A DNA stretch of 64,000 nt from NCBI RefSeq assembly GCF_009914755.1, contig NC_060937.1, one strand, 5' to 3'. A program made the translations under genes and the position numbers. Position 1 is the first letter of the stretch; each line of letters starts with the position of its first letter. The stretch comes from the human T2T-CHM13v2.0 reference genome, Homo sapiens. Positions 56,372 through 64,000 of this stretch are shown one piece after another. The notes beneath the pieces are model-generated. The model made no database searches. It was not told where the DNA came from and saw only the letters and a program-made list of their open reading frames with translations.

Positions 56372-57120
56372 ATGTTTAAACTTTTTGTCTATTATAAATG
56401 AAGCTGCAATGAATATTTGTGTATAAGTTTTGCTTTAAGTTTTTACTTCTTGTGGGATGTTACCCAGAACTGTATTTGCTGGGTAATATGGCAACTCTAT
56501 ATTTAACATTTTGAGGAACTGCCAAACTGTTTTTCAAAGCATCTATACCATTTTATTTTCCTAGTTTTCCAATTTATCCATGTCTTCATCAAAACTTGTT
56601 AATGTCTGATTTTTTTTTTATTAAACCATTTTGAGGGGTCTGAACAAGTATCAAATTCTAGTTGTAATTTACATTTTCCAAATTTCCATCAACTGATGAA
56701 TGAGTAAACAAAATGCAATATATCTATAAAATGGAAAATTATCCAGCAATTAAAAAAAATGAGCCCTATATATGCTATGAAATGAATGAACTTCAAAGGT
56801 ATTATACAGAATGGAAGAAGGAAGTCACAGAAGGCTACATATTATACGAATCCATTTATATAAAATGCCTAGAACAAGCAAATCTAGGTTGACAAAAAAA
56901 GTCAGTTTGTGGTTACCTAGGGTTGAGGCAAGGGATAAGTGGCGATGGTAGGATATAGGGAGTGGCTGCTAAGGGGTGCAAGATCTGTTTCTAGGATGGT
57001 AAAATGTTCTCAAATTAGAATATGATGATAGCTGCATAACTGTAAATATACTAAAAACATTCAACTGTATATTTTTAGATGATAAGCCTTATTCATATGT
57101 TAAATACTAACAAAGCTTAG
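56372..57120 (+). mobile_element. Old L1MB-like 3' end with inverted 5' segment (antisense approx. 56372-56678, sense 56679-57120)
   Basis: Antisense TTTTGAGGAACTGCCAAACTGTTTT, followed by sense AAATTTCCATCAACTGATGAATGAGTAAACAAAATG...GTGGTTACCTAGGG...AATGTTCTCAAATTAG. Confidence 0.75.
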
Positions 57121-59488
57121 AGAAATAACTTTAGAATTTTAATGAAAATTCAATGAAAAGCAAGAAATTGTTTAAATTAAATATCACAAATTATTTCAAT
57201 TTTATTTTTGTGGATACCATAATATGTGTCTTCTAGCTTTCTGAATAATCCATTTATTTGTTAAATAAATATGGGTTTGCTAATTAAACATCCCAGGGAC
57301 TATGGTATATGTTAGCATAATAGTGGTAAAACAGACTTAAAAACTTTTTCTGTCATTATGGAGCTTAAAAATTGTTAACAGCTCAATAAATGCCACTGAT
57401 TTTTATATTTTTAAGCAAAAAAAAAAAAAACCCTTTCTTGAAAGGAACTTGTATGTACATGTAAAGGAAAGGCTGTTCTTACTGAATCAAGGGAGCCTTA
57501 TCTATTCAACCTGCTCCAAGCCACCTTCTTTCTGGTCTGTGAGAAATCCTCCCGAAAATTTATAACACAGGTGAAAATTAGTACATTTAAATATAGTTTG
57601 TGGTGCAGTCTTATCTAAACTTTTATAATATCCCAAAGAAAATGCTAGTATAATTATAAATAATAATCTTCATAATTATTCAATTTATTCTCATAGATTT
57701 GGCATTTAAATCTAATTTGGGACTTCTGGTAATATCAAATTAAGTAATTATAAGAGAAATTTTAAAAACATAGAGCAATAATTTAAAAGCCTTCTGAAAA
57801 GTTTGGAGAGCTTTATAGGGCAATGATGAAATACTAACCATGACTCAGAAGAAGATGAAAACTTAGAGATATAATATTTGAATTTGGGGGCACTTTTTAC
57901 TATACACATTTCAAATTCCTGAACAATCAAAAGAGAGCAGAGAAGCTGAGCAGAGCTTTCAAAAATAACATGGATATAGGAGATTACCAAAGAGAGAAAG
58001 GCCTAATAACTTCTACCTGCAACTCCCTCCTACCTGCTCCCCCACACATACACAAAATTTACGTTTCAACTCTAAAAATTTATATTCTGTAAGTGAGGGT
58101 GAGCTGGAAATGAACTAGCTTGCAGAAAGTGAGCCTGAGTTTTAAACCTATTTAAATTTGTAATTGCATTAAGTTGATTCAATACCTCTAGAGCTGTTAG
58201 ATGACTGCCAGAAAGCAAACACACATCTGCTTTACAGAGAGAATTTTATCTTAGGTTCTAAAATATATATAAATTCACTTAATTTAAAATAACCGTTTAT
58301 TCTCTTTAAGGAAATGAGCAATTAGTTTAAGATTTTCTTCAGTAAACTAGAATTTATGCTACATGACCAAATGTATATTTTAGAACCAAAAAATACTTTT
58401 TGGTTCTAAATCAAGAACTCAATGGAGATGACATAACAAGATGACACAGTAGGAGTTCCCAGGCTTCATTTCTCCCAAAAGAACAATTGGACAGCAATCC
58501 ATAAATGAAAATAACTCTGGAAGAGCTCGAGAGCCCACTTTAGATGTTTTAGCTTATAAAGTGAAATAAAAAAATGCACAAAAGAGTAGGAGGAAGAGTT
58601 TTATTTTACCTGTATCATCCTACCCCGCTGGCCAGCATTGCACAGCATGGAGAGAGAATTCCAAGCCCTTCAAGTTCCTTTTGCAGGGGAAAAGAGAGCA
58701 GAGTGAACAAGCAGCTTTTCCAATCTTTCAGGCCACTATCTGAATGACCAGCTTCATTTTCACCTTGCCCAGATTTCTAAGGAGACTGGCATAGCTGAGA
58801 CATCTGGAGATGGCTTGGGGAAAAAAGGACAAAGGCTATCAGTATCAACCACATGGCAGTAGCCAGCATGGTCCCAGTGGCTTGCTCTTCACAAGACTTG
58901 AATAACCTTCCCTTCTACTGATCACCTCAATACCCATCAAAGCTGCCAGGCACTCCAGCACCTTTAATTACTGACTACTGCAACACAGCAGTGTTCACTG
59001 TTTTGGATCCCAGATGCTTGCTCTATGAAGGACCCCAGCATCTTCACCACCAAAGAAATCAACAGTCAGAACAGCAATAGTGGACCCATTGCAGCTTTTG
59101 CCACTCATGGCTCTACAGTTGTTTATCTTTGTAGCCTCCATTAGCTCGAGTCACCACTACTATGCTTCTACCCTCCCTAAATCCACCCCAGCTGCTGCCA
59201 CCATGAGTGCTCTGGCTCAAGGACCCACTGCAGCCACTGCATGCATGCCTGCAAACAGCTTCTGGCTCCCGTCATCATGAGTCCTGTTTTCTACTACCAT
59301 TTTATGTGCCTGAAGCTCACCCCTGTAGCTGGGCTTACAAACACTGCCAGCTTTGGTCCCTGCAGCCATGCACATGCATGTAGCCACCTGACCCTCATAA
59401 CCAGCCTCACCACCCTACACATGCCCACAGCTAGTCCCTACAGCTGCACACATTCTCATTGCCACTCTGGCCCCCACAGCTATGCACA

Positions 59489-60924
59489 TGTATTAGTTTG
59501 TTTTCATGCTGCTGATAAAGACATACCCAAGACTGGGCAATTTACAAAAGAAACAGACTTATTGGACACAGAGTGCTGATTGGTGCATTCATAATCCCTT
59601 AGCTAGACACAAAGGTTCTCCAAGTCCCCACCAGATCAGCTAGACACAGAGCACTGATTGGTGCATTTACAAACCTTGAGTTAGACACAGGGTGGTGATT
59701 GGTGCATTTACAAATCTTGAGCTAGACACAGAGTGCAGATTGATGTAGTTACAATCCCTTAGCTAGACATAAAGGTTCTCCAAGTCCCCACCAGATTAGC
59801 TAGATATAGAGTGCTGATTGGTGCATTTACAAACCTTCAGCTAGACACAGAGTGCTGATTGGTGTATTTACAAACCTTGAGCTAGACACACAGTGCTGAT
59901 TGATGTATTTACAATCCCTTAGCTAGACATAAAGGTTCTCCAAGTCCCCACTAGACTCAGGAGCCAGCTGGCTGAACCCAGTGGATCCTGCACTGGGGCC
60001 ACAGGTGGAGCTGCCCGCCAGTCCCTCACTGTGCACCCGCACTCCTCAGCCCTTGAGCGGTGGATGGGACCGGGCTCCGTGGAACAGGGGGCGGCGCTTG
60101 TCGGGGAGGCTCGGGCCATGCAGGAGCCCATGGCATGGGGGAGGCTCGGGCATGGTGAGCTGCAGGTCCCGAACCCTGCCCCTGCGGGTAGGCAGCTGAG
60201 GGCTGCGAGAATTCCAGCGCAGCGCCGGCGGGCTGGCACTGCTGGGGGACCCGGTGCACCCTCCACAGCTGCTGGCCCGGGTGCTAAGCCCCTCACTGCC
60301 CGGGCCGGCGGTGCCCACCGGCCTCTCCGAGTGCGGGGCCCTCCGAGCCCACGCCCACCTGGAACTTGCGCTGGCCCGCAAGTGCCGTGCGCAGCCCGGT
60401 TCCCACCCGCGCCTCTCCCTCCACACCTCCCCGCAAGCCGAGGGAGCCGGCTCTGGCCTCGGCCAGCCCAGAGAGGGGCTCCCACAGTGCAGCAGGGGGC
60501 TGAAGGGCCCCTCAAGCTTGGCCAGTGTGGGTGCGGAGGCCGAGGAGCGCCCAGAGTGAGCGAGGGCTGCGAGGGCTGCCGGCATGCTGTCACCTCTCAA
60601 TACCCAAGACTGGGCAATTTATAAAAGAAACAGATTTATTGGACTTACAGTTCCACATGGCTGGGGAGGCCTCACGATGATGGCAGAAAGTGAAAGTTAT
60701 CTCTTACTTGGTGGCAGACAAGAGAAGAGAGTCTGTGCAGCAGAACTCCTCTTTTTTAAAATCATCAGATCTCGTAAGACTTACTCACTGTCATGAGAAC
60801 AGTGCCAAAAAGACCACCCCAATAATTCAATTACCTCCCATTGGGTTGTTCCTATGACATGTAGGAATTTTGGGCGTTACAATTCAAGAAGAGATTTGGG
60901 TGTGGGCAAAGCCAAACCATATCA
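59489..60924 (-). mobile_element. THE1A/B-like MaLR solo LTR split by LTR12C
   Basis: TGTATTAGTTTGTTTTCATGCTGCTGATAAAGACATACCC...GCCAAACCATATCA. Perfect TSD GCACA (59484-59488, 60925-60929). Confidence 0.9.
59568..60599 (-). mobile_element. LTR12C (ERV9) LTR, 3'-truncated; GC/CpG-rich
   Basis: Minus strand starts TGAGAGGTGACAGCATGCCGGCAG. Tandem GCTAGACACAGAGTGCTGATTGGTGCATTTACAAACCTTGA units 59568-59955. Ends abruptly inside the repeat array. Confidence 0.93.
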
Positions 60925-61550
60925 GCACACAAACTGCCAGTAGACCGTTTGGTACTTGCCCCCACGACCATGCTTACAACCATGCATGTGCACCCTGTCA
61001 TGTCTGATCCCACAGCTGTGCATGTACACAAGGCTGGCCTGACACTTTTGTTGGCTTGTAGCTGTCCTTTACAACTGTGTACATGCATGCCAGTGGCTCT
61101 GATATCTATAGCTATATGCATACAGACTGCTGACTTCCAGTGACATGCATGTGCCTGGGGTTGGACCTGGCTTCTGCCCCTGGTCTTAGCCATGCCACCA
61201 TAAACATGCCCGCAGCTGGGCTGTGATGTCATGCACATACCTGTAGCCAGTTCCTGCAGCCAAGTGCATGCATAACACTAGCGCTAGCCCTATAGATGCC
61301 TGCCCCAGGCACTTAGCAATGAACCTGGAGGCACTGCTAAGGACACCAACAGCCCTTGAAGCCACTGTAGAACCATCAGAGCTCTTGCCACCAAGGATCA
61401 CACAGATGTCAATGCCACAAACATCAGCTGCATAAGCTATTGAGACACCACGCTTCTCCAATTGTGGAGCTTCTACACATTTCCACACTAGAATTAGTGC
61501 CACAGCATGCTCCAGTGTACCCCCTCCCTCTTGCAGTTAAAAGTCCTTTC

Positions 61551-61844
61551 TTTAAAAAAAAAATTGAGATAGGCTCTTGTTTTGTCATTCAGTCTAGAAT
61601 GCAGTGGCGTGATCACAGCTCACTGCAGCCTTGATCTCTGAGGCTCAAGAGATCCTCCCACCTCAGCCTCCTGGATAGCTAGGACTAAAAGTGCATGCAA
61701 CCGTGCCCAGCTAATTTTATTTTCTGAAGAAAAGAGGTTTCACTGTGTTGCCGTGGTTTGTCTCAAAATTTTGTGCTCAAGCAATCCTCTTATCTTGTCC
61801 TCCCAATCTATTGAGATTATAGGTGTAAGCCACTGTGTCTGGCC
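61551..61844 (-). mobile_element. AluJ (Jo/Jr-like) in L1
   Basis: GATCACAGCTCACTGCAGCCTTGA...GGCTCAAGAGATCCTCCCACC. TSD AAGTCCTTTC / AAGTCTTTC. Confidence 0.9.
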
Positions 61845-62845
61845 AAGTCTTTCACTGAAGCTTGTTCATAAAGTCTGTAAGAGGTTACTGCTTCTTTAAA
61901 TGTACAGACACTTAAGCAAGACTACAAGGATCATAAAGAATAAGGAAAACGTGACACTGGTAACGGCATAAAATAAATTTCAGTTATGGACCAGAAAGAA
62001 TTGCAGATCCATGAATTTCTTGACAAAAAATTTAGAATAATTTTTCTAAAGAAGCTCAACAATCTATAAGGGAGCACAAATAAACAATTTAACAAATCAT
62101 AAAAACAATACAAGAACAAACTAGAAGCTCAATAGAGATAGAAAACATAAAATAAGCAGAAATTGTGGAGCTGAAAAATACTATGATTTAACTAATGTAA
62201 TGTCATGCTCTGACAGCAGACTTGATCAAGAAGAAAGAATAAATGAACTCAAAGACAGATCATGTGAAATCATTTAGTCAGAAGAGAAAAAAGAGTAAAA
62301 TCGTAAAAGCCAAAAACTATATGGAACACTATTAAAAAAGCAAATTTTTCCAACATAGGAATTTCAGAAGGAGGAGAGAGAGAAAATTGACAGAATGCTT
62401 ATATTTTTAAAAATTACTGAAAATATTATAAATCTGGGGAAAGATGTAAACATCTGGGTGCAAAAAGCTCTAAAATCTCCAATCAGATATACCCCAAAGA
62501 AGACCTAATCAAGACATATTATAGAAAACTGTCAACATCAAAGGCAAAGAGAACTTTGAAAAGTGTGAAAGATGCATATGCCATACAAGGGGATTTAAAT
62601 CAGGCCATAAGAGATTTCTCAACAGAAAACTTGTAGGCCAAGGGAAAGTGAGGTGGTATTTTTGAAGTGCTGAAAGGAGGGGAAAAAAAAAACTGTCAAC
62701 CAAGAATATCTTATCTAGAAAGCTGTCATCCAGAAAAGAAAATGAGAATAGAAAAGATTACAAGATTTTCAAAACAAGACAACAATTAACAAAGAGGCAA
62801 CTGTATATTCTGACCTATTAATAATTCTGTTAAATGTAAATGGAC

Positions 62846-64000
62846 AAGGGGATGGAGCAAGTTGGCTGAACAGAAGCCATCACTGATCGTTCTCTCCACA
62901 AGAACACCAAATTTAAACAACTGTCTGCACACATATAAACACCTTTGTTAGAACCAAAATTCATGTAAGCAATAAAAGTACCTGGTTTGAACTTCGTATT
63001 GCTGAAAGAATCACTGAAGAGAGTAGGAAAGACAGCCTTGAATTATCAATCCCATACTCATACCCAATACCCCATCAGTAGCTCTGTGGAACAGAGAGAA
63101 TCTATGCATTTGGGGAGAGAGAGCCCAGTGACTGGGAGGCTTTGCATTGAACTCAGTGCTGCCCTGTCACAGTAAAAAAACATGCTGAACTCAGCCGCAC
63201 CCACTCACGAAGGGAGTATTTGGATCAGACTTAGCTAGAGGGGAAACATCCATCCCAGTAGTCATAACTTGACCTTGCCACCATGGGCTAAAGATCTCTG
63301 GAGTTATAAGTAAACTGAAAGGCAGTTTAGGACAAAAGGGTTGCAATTCTTAGGTAAGTACTGATGCTGTGCTGGACTTCGAGGCAGTGGAGTGGGGTGG
63401 TACATGATCTAGTGAGGCACCAAACAGGGTGCGGGGTGGGGAGTGCTTGTACAACTGCTTCCCCAGCACTAGGCAGCGCAGTTCGTAGCAACAAAAGCGA
63501 CTTCTTCCTTACGCTTGAGGAGAAAAGAGAAAAGAGTACAGAAGACTTTGCATCTTGTATGCTAGCTCCACCACAGTAGGATAGAGCACTGCACAGAGTC
63601 ATGAAGTCCCCATCCTAGGGCCTAGCTCCCAAATGATGTTTCTAGACATACCCTGGCCCAGAAGAGAAACCACTGCCTTGAATGAATGGACCCAGTCCTG
63701 GCAGAATTAATTACATCCTGGCTAAAGACCCCTTTGGCCTTTAATAACCAATAGCAATACCCAGGTAGTACGCCATGTGCCTTGGGTGAGACTCTCTGAT
63801 ATCCTGGCTTCAGGTAGCAGCTCTTTCACAGTAGGGTAGAATACCAACTAGGCTCTTGGGGTCCAGGCCTAGGCTCTTACACAGCATTTCTGGACCTACC
63901 CCAGTCCAGAGGGGAACCCACTGCCCTGAAGGCCGAGTCCCAGGCCTGGCAGTATTCAACACAAGCTGACTAAAGAGCCCTTGGGACTAAAGTGAACATT
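62846..64000 (+). mobile_element. Second L1 5' UTR (L1MA1-3/L1M1-like), runs off the window
   Basis: GGGGATGGAGCAAGTTGGCTGAACAGAAGCC...AGAACACCAAATTT...GCATTGAACTCAGTGCTGCCCTGTCACAG, with repeated CCACTGCCYTGAA...CCCAG...CCTGGCAG units. Confidence 0.8.

Larger units (their letters stand above)
58420..62845 (+). mobile_element. Old L1M 5' UTR + ORF1 + start of ORF2, with nested THE1/LTR12C and AluJ
   Basis: AAGATGACACAGTAGGAG L1-type start and a C-rich repetitive 5' UTR. ORF1-like text 61930-62740 (AAGAAGCTCAA, CAGCAGACTTGATCAAG, GATTTCTCAACAGAAA). ORF2 start motif AATAATTCTGTTAAATGTAAATGGAC (approx. LNVNG). Confidence 0.75.

Noticed and set aside
59568-59955. Repeat array superficially like CRISPR
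   Set aside because: Units abut without unique spacers and match the LTR12 U3 tandem repeats; primate context, no cas genes.
59919-60624. Cluster of overlapping ORFs up to 224 aa
   Set aside because: All lie within GC-rich LTR12C, where stops are rare. Pro/Ala/Gly/Arg-rich with no recognisable domain.

Overview
This window is primate (human-like) nuclear DNA: AT-rich, CpG-depleted and dominated by decayed transposable elements. I see no protein-coding exon, RNA gene, CRISPR array or prokaryotic system. Every ORF in the track that I can assign comes from L1 ORF2, Tigger1 transposase, Alu, LTR or microsatellite sequence; the rest look like short random ORFs. The notable content is structural. 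(1) An apparently end-to-end ancient L1MB (14741-22985) is still flanked by a perfect 16-bp target-site duplication (TSD) and carries four nested insertions. (2) A near full-length Tigger1 (50788-56008) is interrupted by an LTR26-like LTR and a complete THE1D provirus. (3) An L1 > THE1 > LTR12C nest has a truncated LTR12C flanked by an anomalous 45-bp duplication. (4) A one-ended MER85 piggyBac MITE lacks its palindrome-bearing end. (5) Two L1 insertions are 5'-inverted (twin-priming type). (6) There is a 1.75-kb AT-rich minisatellite plus several small tandem duplications and hairpins. Subfamily names are from recalled consensus sequences and need RepeatMasker/Dfam confirmation. I found no convincing evidence of a new biological system.
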